A stretch of DNA of 64,000 nt, taken from the NCBI GenBank assembly GCA_963762565.1, contig CAVXLD010000003.1, forward strand, positions 160,001 through 224,000, written 5' to 3'. Origin of the DNA: an uncultured Verrucomicrobiae bacterium. GTDB taxonomy: Bacteria > Verrucomicrobiota > Verrucomicrobiia > Chthoniobacterales > JAFAMB01. Below the pieces are notes generated by a model. The model was given only the letters and a program-made list of their open reading frames with translations. It did not search any database and was not told where the DNA came from. This document shows positions 8,556 to 19,011 of this stretch, piece by piece. How positions within the stretch are numbered: the first letter of the stretch is position 1; each line of letters starts with the position of its first letter. Position numbers and translations under genes: made by a program.

Positions 8556-10538
8556 TTATGATTCGCTAGGCAGGCAGGCTATTGCGACTCCTGCGACGGG
8601 CAGCTCGGGACCGCCGAGAACGAACTTGGTTTCTTTTGGTAGCGGCAGCGAAACCTTGGTCGAGCCGTAGTTGAAAAAGTAACGGAGGTTTCTGTTTACT
8701 CGGGTTCGGAGCCCTTCGGGTAGCGGCATCGTTGGTAAATTGGTTCGAGACACGATGTCTTCCACTATCGCATCCAACAACGATTGTTCGGGCACGCTTG
8801 CCAGATAAGTGAACGATTCGTGAGTGAAAGCGATCCCGTCTCCGTTCGCCGACGTAATCCAAGGTGTTGCTCGGGTCTCAATTCGTTCCAGCCAGAATCG
8901 GCATTGATAACTTACCCCCTTCCAGGACAGAGGAACGGTCTCGAAGTCCGGCAACGATTCCACACGTACTACCCGCATAGGAAGGATGTCTTGGAGCGGT
9001 CCTGGGGGAAGGTTCGGAGGAATTTGGAAATCTGGTGTTTTTGAGCCCGTGCGGGGGCCAAACAGTGCGGCGCCAGGGAACCTTTTGAGAGACGCAATGA
9101 GCTCGGGCCGCATGATTGGTAAGCTTGGTACTAGAACTAATTTATACCCATCGAGGTCGGCGCTTTGCGGTAGAATATCGACATTGAGGCCAAGCCGGCG
9201 CGCTGATCGGTAGAACGACAGCGCCAACGTGAAATAGTCGAAAGCTTCGCGTTGAGGTTGGATGCTCAATGTCCAATCAGCCTCGTAATCAAAGATCAAC
9301 GCGACTGGGGCAGTCTCGCTTTGCCGGTCATGCCTAAGCGCAGCGTCGGCTAATTCTTTCGCGGTCTGGCGAATCTCCTCCGCCGCAATATCCGGGCTGC
9401 CATCGGGCCGATTAATTCCCGAATGCATCTGTTCCTGGGCGAAAGGCGCTTGACGCCAACGAAAGTAGCTGACGACCTCGGCTCCGTGCGCAAATGCCTC
9501 GTGCGTCCAGAGCCGCACCATTCCCGAATGGGGAGATGGATTGTAAGAAGCCCAGTTGACTGGCCCTGGCTGTTGTTCCATCACCCACCAACGGCCCCGG
9601 CCGCAGGTCCGATAGAGATCATGGTGAAAGGCTGGAAAATCGGGGTCCCCGGATCGCAGGAATTTACGCTTATGCGCTTCCGGCACGTCGAGCAGAGTCA
9701 GAGCTCCGAGGGGATACGAATCCCAACTGGCGGCGTCCAAATCGCGAGCAAGGTCGAAATGGTCGAATGCCAGAAAATCACCCATAAAATTATGAAGGAT
9801 CGTGCGCCCCGGAGATAAAGGGCGGATGATCGCCACCTGCTCCCGGTTGAAGGTTTTCACCTGATCCGAACTGAACCGCCGAAAATCCAAAACGTGCGCC
9901 GGGTTAGGTTCGGTCACGGTCAGGTTGGGCAACTCGATCTCGTCGAAACTCTGGTACTCCATGCTCCAGAACACATTGCCCCAGGCCTGGTTGAGACTGG
10001 CAATCGTTTGATACTTATCCTGTAACCATTTTCTAAAGCCGATCCGCGCCGCGGCCGAATAACTGAGGGTCGTGTCATGACAACCATATTCATTGTCCGT
10101 TTGCCAGGCGGCGATGGCGCTATGTTCGCCGAATGTCTCGGCGAGCTTGGTTACGATCCTGGCCGCTTCGCTTCGGAAACCTCCATGCGAAAAGCAATAA
10201 TGACGACGAGAACCGAAGATTTTCGGTCTTCCCTGTTGGTCGACGGCCAACATGTCCGGCATCTGGTCGACTAACCATTTTGGTGGGGTCGCGGTGGGAG
10301 TGCCGAGCACCACGGATAAGCCCCGGGCGGCCGCCAGATCCAGCACCTCTTGCAGCCAGCCGAACTGGTATTTCCCGGGCGCCGGTTCCAGGCGGCTCCA
10401 AGCAAATTCTCCGACCCGGACATAACGAATACCCAGATCCCGCATCGCGCTAAGATCGTCCGGCCATTTGGAGCGGTCCCATTGTTCCGGATAGTAACAG
10501 ACCCCGAGGGAATAAGGCGTAATGGGAATCGTTGGCAT
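8556..10538 (-). CDS. GH42 beta-galactosidase
   Basis: GVCYYPEQW, GEFAWS, DNEYGCH, MEQQPG, FAQEQMH. Confidence 0.96.
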   Translation of the reverse strand: MPTIPITPYSLGVCYYPEQWDRSKWPDDLSAMRDLGIRYVRVGEFAWSRLEPAPGKYQFGWLQEVLDLAAARGLSVVLGTPTATPPKWLVDQMPDMLAVDQQGRPKIFGSRRHYCFSHGGFRSEAARIVTKLAETFGEHSAIAAWQTDNEYGCHDTTLSYSAAARIGFRKWLQDKYQTIASLNQAWGNVFWSMEYQSFDEIELPNLTVTEPNPAHVLDFRRFSSDQVKTFNREQVAIIRPLSPGRTILHNFMGDFLAFDHFDLARDLDAASWDSYPLGALTLLDVPEAHKRKFLRSGDPDFPAFHHDLYRTCGRGRWWVMEQQPGPVNWASYNPSPHSGMVRLWTHEAFAHGAEVVSYFRWRQAPFAQEQMHSGINRPDGSPDIAAEEIRQTAKELADAALRHDRQSETAPVALIFDYEADWTLSIQPQREAFDYFTLALSFYRSARRLGLNVDILPQSADLDGYKLVLVPSLPIMRPELIASLKRFPGAALFGPRTGSKTPDFQIPPNLPPGPLQDILPMRVVRVESLPDFETVPLSWKGVSYQCRFWLERIETRATPWITSANGDGIAFTHESFTYLASVPEQSLLDAIVEDIVSRTNLPTMPLPEGLRTRVNRNLRYFFNYGSTKVSLPLPKETKFVLGGPELPVAGVAIACLPSES

Positions 10539-10748
10539 GGGCTGTCACGGTATCGCGATCATGCCCGATGACAAATGCAGAGGGTAGCGATTTTGGGAGG
10601 CGCGTGTCCCCGCGCGCCTTAGACGTGTTGATGCGGAACCAATCCTCAGCTTTTGAATATGCCTGGCTCCGCAAACGACGGACCGCGGGACGCGATCCCT
10701 CCCTACTCTAGGAACGCGCCCTAGCGTTTCTTGACGAGGTGAAAGCAA

Positions 10749-10780
10749 AGCCGGGCGCAAGCTTGCGCTTGCGCCCGGCT
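10749..10780 (-). terminator. Intrinsic terminator-like hairpin downstream of the GH3 gene
   Basis: AGCCGGGCGCAAGC-ttgc-GCTTGCGCCCGGCT, T-rich tail on the minus strand. Confidence 0.6.
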
Positions 10781-10802
10781 GCATTTTTCACCCACCGCCA
10801 CT

Positions 10803-13424
10803 CTACGGATTCGAAGTGAATTCTTTGGTTACGCTAATCGTGCCTGTTAGAGGCAGATCACTGACCTGAGAGGAAGATCCAACCCAGACAGTGTAAGTGT
10901 CTTTGGGAGCGTCCCACATCTCGGTATTGACGTTCCAATACTCGAAGGAACGCTGATCCAGTTGTAACGTTATATTCTGCGATGCCCCCGGCGCCAAGAC
11001 TTTCGTTTTCAGGAAGCCTTTTAGCTCTCTTGGTGGACGCTTAACCGGAGGGTTCTTCTCCCCAATGTATAACTGAGCCACTTCCGCACCGGCCACCTTG
11101 CCAGTATTGGTAACGGTGAAGGTTGCGGTAACAGATCCTGTTCCGTTATAGGTAGGTGTGACGCTCAGATTCGAAAACTCGAATGTCGTATAGGACAAGC
11201 CGAACCCGAACGGGAACAGCGGCTGGATTCCTTTCTTGTCATATCCGCGATAGCCGACGAAAACACCTTCACTATAGCTAATCGAGTCGGGATGCTGATT
11301 AACCGGATTAGGGAAGGTGCCATAGGCAGGATTGTCTTGGGCTCGTTTCTCCATCGTAATCGGCAATTTGCCGGAAGGATTGACGTCCCCGAACAGGATT
11401 TCAGCCAATGCCTGACCACCAAGCTGGCCCGGATAGAATGCTTCCACCAAGCCGTCAACCTGATTAATCCACTGCTCGGAATCGAAGTTGCCACCGCCGT
11501 GAAAGACAACCACGGTGCGCGGGTTGGCGGTAGAAACGTTCGTGATGAGTTCATCCTGGAATTCCGGGAGTGTAAACGACCGATCCTCTCCTTCACCTTC
11601 ATATTCATTGCTGATGCCGGCAGCGATAATGACGGCGTTATAACCAGCGATGGTCGAGGGGGGCTCTAACGACGCGTAGCTGACCTGCATACCGGTTAGG
11701 CCGCCTTGCTCGAAGGTGTCAAAAAATCCGCCAACACGACGGTAATCGATTTCAATATAGTAGGTTCCAGCGGTTAAGGTCGCTTTAGCGGAGTAGGCAG
11801 GAGTTGGACCATAACCGACTGGAGGGGTCGTAGGACTGTTAAAGTTATCAAAGATGGCGGTCCCGTTGGTGGCGGTGGTCCCGATAATAAACCGCAATCC
11901 GCCGTCTCCGCGCAGCTTGAACACATAATCACCAGACGTAGGGACGACAATTTGACCGACCCATTTGGCCGAGAAGCTACCTTGGTTGGTCGACACCGGA
12001 ATTGGATCGATGTCCCAATCAAAGTTAACTTCGTTATCTACTCGAGTAACTGCTGGCGATCCGGAAAGATCGTTGCTCGTGTAGTAAGAAGCCTGCAGGC
12101 CCTGGGTAATTTCACCGTTGTTGCTGTACTGCCAGATCGTATTGGCTGGATCAAGCGAGCAAACCGAGATGAAATCGACTTCTGTGTTTGCGCCAACTTC
12201 AGACTTGATGCCATCCAGTTCACTGACGTACTCGATCGGGGTGACATAGGAACTGCCGAATCCGGTTGGAGGAGCATACTCAGCCAGATTTCCGATAACG
12301 GCGATCTTCTTAACCGTGTTCTTGTTAAGCGGCAGAAGATTCCCGTTGTTCTGCAGCAGAATTAACCCTTCCCGTGCGACATTCAATGTTGCCTGTTCGC
12401 TAAACGGATCATCCAATGGGATAGAGGTTTTCAACTGTTGTCGGTTCAGAAACCCGTACGAGATCGCACCCGTCAAGATGTGTTGCACCTTAAGATCGAG
12501 ATCTGCGAATGTCAGCGGGCTCGGAATCCAGGGGGATAGCGTCTGCTGATTCATGAAGCTACCGGATGGTAGGTCGATGTCGCATCCAGCCAACGCGGCG
12601 GTTAGCCCGTCGTGGATGGCATCGTAGTCTGACATCAGAATCCCGGTGAAGCCCCATTCACTCCTGAGAATTGTGGTCAACAGGAAGGGGTTTTCACAGC
12701 AAAAAGCGTCGTACCCGGCGCTATCCACGGCGTTATACGCCCCCATGACGGTTGCTACGTGACCTACTTTAACCGCGGCTTCGAACGGTGGCAGATAGAT
12801 CTCTCGGAGCGTGCGCTCGTCTACGATTATATGCACGTTGGTCCGGTTCTCTTCTTCGTCGTTGCAAACGAAGTGTTTGGCGCAAGCCCAGACTCCTTGA
12901 GCCTGGATACCTTCAATCTCCGATGGATTGAGTTGGGCTCCCAGGAACGGGTCTTCACCCGTCATGTATTCGAAATTTCTACCGCCCATTGGTACCCGAT
13001 AGAAATCCATCCCCGGGCCAAGAATGCTGAAGTATCCCCGGGCGCGAGCGTCACGTCCCATGGAAACGCCTTGATCGTGAGCGCGGTCCGGATTCCAGGT
13101 AGCGGCCAAGGTTAGTCCGGAAGGGAACCGAATGCTAGGTTCGTTCCGGCGAACACCCAGCGGTCCGTCCGTTTGATAGAGCTGCGGATTGAGGGGAGAA
13201 AAGTCGTTGACTGGGATTGGTTTGAAGTCGAAAAAGCCCGTACCGCCGATGTAGCTGAGCGCATCGTCAACGGTGAACTCTTTCAAGATCTTATTTACTC
13301 GTGAACTAACTGTGCTTGGGCTTAGTTTTGAGCTGACTGTGCTTTGGCTCTGTTGAGCATGGGCACTCAGCAGACATAAAAATAGTCCGCTGACGGTAAG
13401 ACGAGACAGAAGAGACGTCTTCAT
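10803..13424 (-). CDS. Secreted GH3 beta-glucosidase with PA14 insertion and FnIII-like domain
   Basis: Signal peptide; GRNFEY..EDP, KHF, MSDY, EGEDR, YSEGVFVGYR, FPFGFGLSYT. Confidence 0.95.
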   Translation of the reverse strand: MKTSLLSRLTVSGLFLCLLSAHAQQSQSTVSSKLSPSTVSSRVNKILKEFTVDDALSYIGGTGFFDFKPIPVNDFSPLNPQLYQTDGPLGVRRNEPSIRFPSGLTLAATWNPDRAHDQGVSMGRDARARGYFSILGPGMDFYRVPMGGRNFEYMTGEDPFLGAQLNPSEIEGIQAQGVWACAKHFVCNDEEENRTNVHIIVDERTLREIYLPPFEAAVKVGHVATVMGAYNAVDSAGYDAFCCENPFLLTTILRSEWGFTGILMSDYDAIHDGLTAALAGCDIDLPSGSFMNQQTLSPWIPSPLTFADLDLKVQHILTGAISYGFLNRQQLKTSIPLDDPFSEQATLNVAREGLILLQNNGNLLPLNKNTVKKIAVIGNLAEYAPPTGFGSSYVTPIEYVSELDGIKSEVGANTEVDFISVCSLDPANTIWQYSNNGEITQGLQASYYTSNDLSGSPAVTRVDNEVNFDWDIDPIPVSTNQGSFSAKWVGQIVVPTSGDYVFKLRGDGGLRFIIGTTATNGTAIFDNFNSPTTPPVGYGPTPAYSAKATLTAGTYYIEIDYRRVGGFFDTFEQGGLTGMQVSYASLEPPSTIAGYNAVIIAAGISNEYEGEGEDRSFTLPEFQDELITNVSTANPRTVVVFHGGGNFDSEQWINQVDGLVEAFYPGQLGGQALAEILFGDVNPSGKLPITMEKRAQDNPAYGTFPNPVNQHPDSISYSEGVFVGYRGYDKKGIQPLFPFGFGLSYTTFEFSNLSVTPTYNGTGSVTATFTVTNTGKVAGAEVAQLYIGEKNPPVKRPPRELKGFLKTKVLAPGASQNITLQLDQRSFEYWNVNTEMWDAPKDTYTVWVGSSSQVSDLPLTGTISVTKEFTSNP

Positions 13425-13819
13425 AGGAGGGTACTTCGTAGGGTCGGGAACAGGCTGCGCTGTCCTTATGTGAGAACTGCTGTTAGCGCCGGCTGAAACC
13501 GAGATCCTGATCCAAGTTTAATACTGCCGATGCACCGATTACTGATACGGCCCGCGAGGAGGAGGTGGGGCCGGAGTGATGTGAAACCCACGAAAAATCC
13601 GTTTCCGGGTGTTCCATAAGGATTAATGAGGTTAGTGATTGATCCGGTGGGTCGTCGATCAACCTGCCTGGCGCCCGGTGATCCGAAAGATTCGGTTCGC
13701 CGCTCGCCCTGCTCTAGTCCGACCGACGACGCACCATGATCGGGGGAGGTTCAATTTCTTCTCAGAAGAAATGGGGTTTGGCAAGGAATAATTCTTTCAA
13801 ATTGAAGTATTTTTGCGAG

Positions 13820-14212
13820 TTGGTAGGGCGAGGCTCCCGAGGCTGGCACGTTGGCTTGATGCGTTTGTTCCCAACGCCTGGAGGGGAGCCGCTTTGGCTC
13901 GTGTCTGGTTCACCCCGTGATGTTCGTTCCAATGTTTGTCCAACCGGAGGTTGTGAGAACAGGCGGCTCCCGGGAACGACCCAGCGGTTTGCTACTGTAG
14001 TCGGCCGGGGTCCATAACGAATCGGAACCTATTGGCCAAACATCACGCTGGGTAATTCCCGGGAGCCGCCTGTTGCCTAATTCTTTGGCCAAATCGCGCG
14101 CTGAAACAAATACCGCGAGGTCTTTAGTGATGCGCCAAAGCGGCTCCCCTCCAGGCGTTGGGAAAAAACACGCTCTGTAAACGTGCCAGCCTCAGGAGCC
14201 TCGCCCTACCAA
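13820..14212. repeat. Nested REPINs: family D (GTAGGGCGAGGCTCC) arms enclosing a family C (GGAGGGGAGCCGC) cruciform
   Basis: Outer IR 13820-13852/14180-14212; 31-bp IR 13868-13898/14134-14164; 19-bp IR 13958-13976/14056-14074. Confidence 0.9.
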
Positions 14213-15460
14213 TCTATCCCCAGAATCCCAGAGCTCCAGCAGGCTAGGATGTTGGCCTGCGGTGATCCGCTCGTAGTTAGGAGCGATCAGGTCGTCTATG
14301 GGCAGGACAGCTGCTCCCAGGGCGGCTGCTTCGTCCTGAAGCATCCCTTGGAGAATTCGGATATGACCACGGTCGACTCGTCCGTTTTTCTGACCAATCC
14401 TGGCGCAACGTTCCACCAGATAAGACAGGAGAGGGCCGGGTAAGTGACCGCCGATCACAATGGCCTCCGGGTCGAAGAGGAGCAGGAGATCACCGATGAT
14501 CAGCGTCAGATACGACGCGGCGGTCTTTAACCAATCTAAAACGACCTCGTTTCCTTGTTCGAAAAGATCGACAATTTTGGTTAGGCTACGCGTGTCGATC
14601 CCGGCCTCGTGCAAGCGTTGGGTTAGCGAAGTTAGAGAAAGGTAGGCCTCGAGGCAGCCGCGCTTACCACACCCGCACGACCTCGCGTTCCGTCTCTTAT
14701 CGACTACGAGATGTCCCAGTTCCCCGGAGCCGCCTCTAAAACCACGATAAGGACGCCCATTGACGATGATGCCGCCACCCACGCCGACTCCGACATAGAT
14801 ATAAACAAAACTATCCAAAGACTTGCCGGCCCCATACCAGCTTTCTCCGATCGCAGCGGCAGTAGCATCGTTATCTACTACCACGGGCAACTTAGTGCTC
14901 CGGCTGAAGTAATCCTGCACCTTCACCTGTTCCCATCCGGGAAAGTTTGGCGAGAAAACAACTTTGCCGTGCTGAAAATCCATTGGGCCAGGGAGGGCGA
15001 TTCCGAGCCCTAAGATTCGTTTGCGATGGTTTTTCTGGCGAAGTTCGCGAATGGAGCTCAACGCCTGTTTCAAGGCGTCTGCCGGGGTGGTAAGATGCTC
15101 GGCTCGATAGGTGCGAGATCGGATCACGCCTTTGAAGTCAACCAGTACACTGGCAATATGATCGCGTTCCAGATGCAGTCCTACCGAGAACGCTGCATCC
15201 GCGTTTATATCGAATAGTTTTGCCGGCTGGCCGCGCTCGGCAACTTTTCGGCCAAAATCTCGGATTAGCCCGGTTTGACTAAGACCGTCAACAATATTGA
15301 AGACGGTCTGGTTAGTCAGACCGGTCAAGCGCGCAACATCGACTCTAGAGACGGGCCCGTGCAGCCGCACAATCTCCAAGATCACTCGTTGATTGAGTAA
15401 ATGGGCGTGCTCTAAATTCGCTCCGTTTCTGGATCTGGTTCGCCCCGACTGGCCTTTCAT
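14192..15460 (-). CDS. ROK-family transcriptional regulator
   Basis: N-terminal HTH (GPVSRVDVARLTGLT), DNDATAAA, GELGH, CGCGKRGCLE. Confidence 0.95.
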   Translation of the reverse strand: MKGQSGRTRSRNGANLEHAHLLNQRVILEIVRLHGPVSRVDVARLTGLTNQTVFNIVDGLSQTGLIRDFGRKVAERGQPAKLFDINADAAFSVGLHLERDHIASVLVDFKGVIRSRTYRAEHLTTPADALKQALSSIRELRQKNHRKRILGLGIALPGPMDFQHGKVVFSPNFPGWEQVKVQDYFSRSTKLPVVVDNDATAAAIGESWYGAGKSLDSFVYIYVGVGVGGGIIVNGRPYRGFRGGSGELGHLVVDKRRNARSCGCGKRGCLEAYLSLTSLTQRLHEAGIDTRSLTKIVDLFEQGNEVVLDWLKTAASYLTLIIGDLLLLFDPEAIVIGGHLPGPLLSYLVERCARIGQKNGRVDRGHIRILQGMLQDEAAALGAAVLPIDDLIAPNYERITAGQHPSLLELWDSGDRLVGRGS

Positions 15461-15792
15461 TAGCTTCTTTCGATGACAATGCAGTAAACCACATTAGGGG
15501 GGAGGTGAAAGGTGAAAAGTGAGAGGTGAGAGGTGAGAGGCGCGAGCCGTGGAGCGTGCCTCGCTTGCGAGGCCGTGGTAAGCAACGCGAGATTCCGGGA
15601 CGAACCCAATGCTATCAGCGCTCTATATCCGGATATGACCTGGGGGTCTATATGTGATGCGACCGGGACGCTTAGAGTGACATTCAAGAGCGCTGAACAA
15701 TGATAGGCTAGTCACATCGTCATCCTTGCGCTCCACGACCGGCGTGAAAAACGTGTGGCGGCGATGCAGCCCGGTTGTATACCAGGATTAGG

Positions 15793-16494
15793 ATGCAAGA
15801 TTCTCCGGATTGGCAATATGACGAGTTCCACGGCTTCGCCTTGGATTTCCACGATCCTGTTCAGGTCAAACTCTACGATGGACAACAAGGGACAGATCTC
15901 GACGCAGAAAGCCAGATTGTCCGTTTCCTAGGAATTTCCGAGAAAGATACTTTGATTGAATATGGTGCGGGGACGGGCGCTTTCGTTGAAGCTGCTGCCA
16001 GAGTTTGCCGGCATGTACACGCGGTGGATGTGTCTCGAGCAATGATCGAGTATGCGAGCGAGCGGTTAGGCAAAATCGGGGTAGCCAACGTCACATTTCA
16101 TCATGCAGGATTTCTTACCTACGAGCACCGAGATGCGCCGGTGAGTTTCGTGGTTGCGAAATTTGCTCTGCATCATTTGCCGGATTTTTGGAAAATAGTT
16201 GCTCTGGGTCGAATCAACCGATTCCTCCAATTGGGAGGTGGTTTTTATTTGGAGGATGTGGTGTTTTCGTTTCAGCCGGAATCCTACAATACAGCGATCC
16301 AGCAATGGATTGACCGAGCATCCGAATCAGGAATCAGTTTTTCAAAAAAAGACTTCGAAGGGCACGTGCGCGATGAGTACAGCACTTACTCCTGGATGAT
16401 GGAGGCAATGATTCAGCGCGCAGGATTTGCCATTCGGAATTCAGAATTTCTTTCTCCGACAATCGCTACCTACTTGTGCGAGAAGGTTGAGTAG
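15793..16494 (+). CDS. Class I SAM-dependent methyltransferase
   Basis: IEYGAGTG motif I, AVDVS, GFLTYEH, ALHHLPDFWK. Confidence 0.9.
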   Translation: MQDSPDWQYDEFHGFALDFHDPVQVKLYDGQQGTDLDAESQIVRFLGISEKDTLIEYGAGTGAFVEAAARVCRHVHAVDVSRAMIEYASERLGKIGVANVTFHHAGFLTYEHRDAPVSFVVAKFALHHLPDFWKIVALGRINRFLQLGGGFYLEDVVFSFQPESYNTAIQQWIDRASESGISFSKKDFEGHVRDEYSTYSWMMEAMIQRAGFAIRNSEFLSPTIATYLCEKVE

Positions 16495-16504
16495 CTTGAG
16501 TAGC

Positions 16505-16715
16505 TGGTAGGGCGAGGCTCCCGAAAGACCTAAGGGGCTTCGCAGCGCGATTGGCAGTCCGACACCCATTCAGATGAAACGCCTATCATCGCGCCGAGCC
16601 GTGGTGCGCGCTCGACCAACGGCTCGGCAGCTTATCGGCCTAGGTCGCTAAACGGTCTCGGTGGGTCGGCTTCGTTGATATCCGTCTTAGGTCTTTCGGG
16701 AGCCTCGCCCTACCA
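16505..16715. repeat. Family D REPIN between convergent genes
   Basis: Perfect 30-bp IR 16505-16534/16686-16715; inner GCCGAGCCG/CGGCTCGGC arms; related copies at 51312-51602 and 52626-52843. Confidence 0.9.
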
Positions 16716-16719
16716 AAGA

Positions 16720-18825
16720 TCAACGGCTAGCAGGCTTTCCTTGAACGAGTTCATCGACCAAAGGTTTGGCGTCGTACATTTTGTCGAGTGCTTCGAGGAT
16801 CGCTGCTGAATCGACAGCGACAGATCGGCTTCGTTGGTCGCTGTAAGCAAAATCACCCGCCAACGACTCGATGTTGCCATCGAAGATTAAACCGACGAGT
16901 TCTCCGGCTTCATTTACTACGGGGCTACCGCTATTTCCGCCAACGACATCCGCAGTAGTGACGAAATTGAAGCGGGTCTGGAGATTCAGCTTATCATGCC
17001 GGTCGATCCAGCGTGGGGGGAGATCGAACGGCTCGTGGTTCTGATGATCGTTGGCGCGCTGAAAAAGACCGGCAAAGGTCGTGAAAGCGGGAATGGTTTG
17101 TTCATCTTCCTGGTAACCACTGACTGCGCCGAACGACAGGCGGAGGGTGCTGGTGCCGTCCGGGTAGATCTCATTTCCTTTCAGGGCGAACCTCGCGCGG
17201 GCGATCTGGGCGTAGGCCTGTTGTTCCGCCTCGCCGGTCTCGTCAAAAATACGGCGAAGACGTCGTGAGGTTGGGTCAACCAGAGACGCCAGTTCAATCA
17301 TCGGATCTTGGTAATCCTTCAAGGCGGCGGCGCCTCCTTCGTAGAGTTGGCGCCTAACGGCGACGTCCTTCAGTTTCGTCCCGCTGACTAGCTCGCGGGC
17401 GCGTTCACTGGGAGATTTACCAGCCAAGATTTCCTTTACTAGTGGGTCCTCCGGGCCGAGGCGCGTTGCAAGATCAGTCAGCGAATTCGATAGTTCTAGT
17501 TCTTCGACGTCATCATAGATCGGCGCCGGCGAGAAGAGCTGTAATTCAAGAGGTTGACGATTTGAGTCCCGGAATTCGGCTAACCGTTCTCCATTTGGTT
17601 TTGGATGCTCGACGGCAGCCCGAACCAACGTACGGGCTATCTTGAATAGTCGACTGTCGAATCCTTGTGCTCCCCGGCGCCATTCTCCTTCGAAAAGGAA
17701 GCCGCCAACCAATGCCTTAGCCATTTCAGTCTCGGCTTGTTCGATGCGGTTATATGCCTCCAAGGCGGGCTGCAGCGTGGATTGGGTCTGCAATTGGGTG
17801 CGAAAAGCTCTTTCGTCTTCAACGCGCTCCCCAAAAAATTCGGGAGAGAGTAGAGCCGCCAGCTGACCGTTACCGCGTTTCCGCGAGTTACGAATGCCGA
17901 ACAGATCGCTATCAATCCGGCGTTGATTCTCCAGGGAGTGGGCTCCGAAAGCAGCCAATAACACCTCGCGGCGATAATAAGTCTGCAGCTGTAACGGCAG
18001 CACGCGGTCCCGCAGATTCGTGAGAGCCGAAACGGTCAACTGCCGATTCGTACGTCCCGGATGGCCGGACACGAACACCAGGTCGTTTTCGGCCGGACCC
18101 TGCGGGTTAATCTTCAAATAATTCTCCACATGAGCCGGTTGCCCGTTCTCGTAAGCTCGAAAGAGACAGATATCCAGATCGAAGCGGGGATACTCAAAAT
18201 TATCGGGATCTCCTCCGTAGAACGCGATCCGTTTCTCGGGAGCAAAGACCAGGCGGACATCGGTATAACGCTTGTACCGATAGAGTTGATAACTTCCGCC
18301 TCCATACAGCTTTACCACTTCACTGTAGAGGCCCGTAGCGTTTTGTGACTCCTGTTCGATGTCGGCAATCACGCGGTTCCGGGCGAGAAAGGCCTGACCC
18401 GCGTTCATGGACGGCGTCACGGCAGCGTTAACTCGTTCGGTTACATCCTGAATTGACTGCAGAACATCCAGTTCCAGGTCCGGACACTGTTTCTCCTCGG
18501 ACAACGTGTGGGCGTAGAATCCGTCGGCCAGATAATTATGAGTCGCGTCACTTAGTTTCTGCAGACTGTCAGACCCGACGTGATGGTTGGTCAGGACCAA
18601 GCCATTCTGCGATACAAAGGATCCGCTGGCGCGGCCAACCCGGACGCTGCTCTTTTGGAGATGCTCCAGCCAATCGGCTGTCGGGGTGAAGTGATATTTT
18701 TCTTGGAGTTGCTTAACCGGCAGATTGTTGAAGAGCCAAAGGCCTTCATCCGCGGACAAGCGGCCCGGCAGGAGGACAGTGATTAAGCACAGAAGAAGCC
18801 AAAATCTTGAATCGCGGGTGCGCAT
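16720..18825 (-). CDS. S46 family dipeptidyl peptidase (DPP7-like: FDGN)
   Basis: Signal peptide then DEGLW; LTNHHV; GHPGRT; GGNSGSPV; GLIFDGN; start placed at MRTRDSRF. Confidence 0.95.
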   Translation of the reverse strand: MRTRDSRFWLLLCLITVLLPGRLSADEGLWLFNNLPVKQLQEKYHFTPTADWLEHLQKSSVRVGRASGSFVSQNGLVLTNHHVGSDSLQKLSDATHNYLADGFYAHTLSEEKQCPDLELDVLQSIQDVTERVNAAVTPSMNAGQAFLARNRVIADIEQESQNATGLYSEVVKLYGGGSYQLYRYKRYTDVRLVFAPEKRIAFYGGDPDNFEYPRFDLDICLFRAYENGQPAHVENYLKINPQGPAENDLVFVSGHPGRTNRQLTVSALTNLRDRVLPLQLQTYYRREVLLAAFGAHSLENQRRIDSDLFGIRNSRKRGNGQLAALLSPEFFGERVEDERAFRTQLQTQSTLQPALEAYNRIEQAETEMAKALVGGFLFEGEWRRGAQGFDSRLFKIARTLVRAAVEHPKPNGERLAEFRDSNRQPLELQLFSPAPIYDDVEELELSNSLTDLATRLGPEDPLVKEILAGKSPSERARELVSGTKLKDVAVRRQLYEGGAAALKDYQDPMIELASLVDPTSRRLRRIFDETGEAEQQAYAQIARARFALKGNEIYPDGTSTLRLSFGAVSGYQEDEQTIPAFTTFAGLFQRANDHQNHEPFDLPPRWIDRHDKLNLQTRFNFVTTADVVGGNSGSPVVNEAGELVGLIFDGNIESLAGDFAYSDQRSRSVAVDSAAILEALDKMYDAKPLVDELVQGKPASR

Positions 18826-19011
18826 AGAGTTTCCCAACGTGATTAGCCGCAAAAGAGCACAGCCGGGAGAAAGTGAAAAGGTGAAAGCTGATCGGTGATT
18901 ACTTGCCTGCGGACGTAGCATCAGGTAGCCTACGAGGCGTCGCATGGCAGGCGGCTCTCAGTGAAACGACGCGCCACCCCAATATTCCGAGGACGAGGAC
19001 GAGACAGGCGC

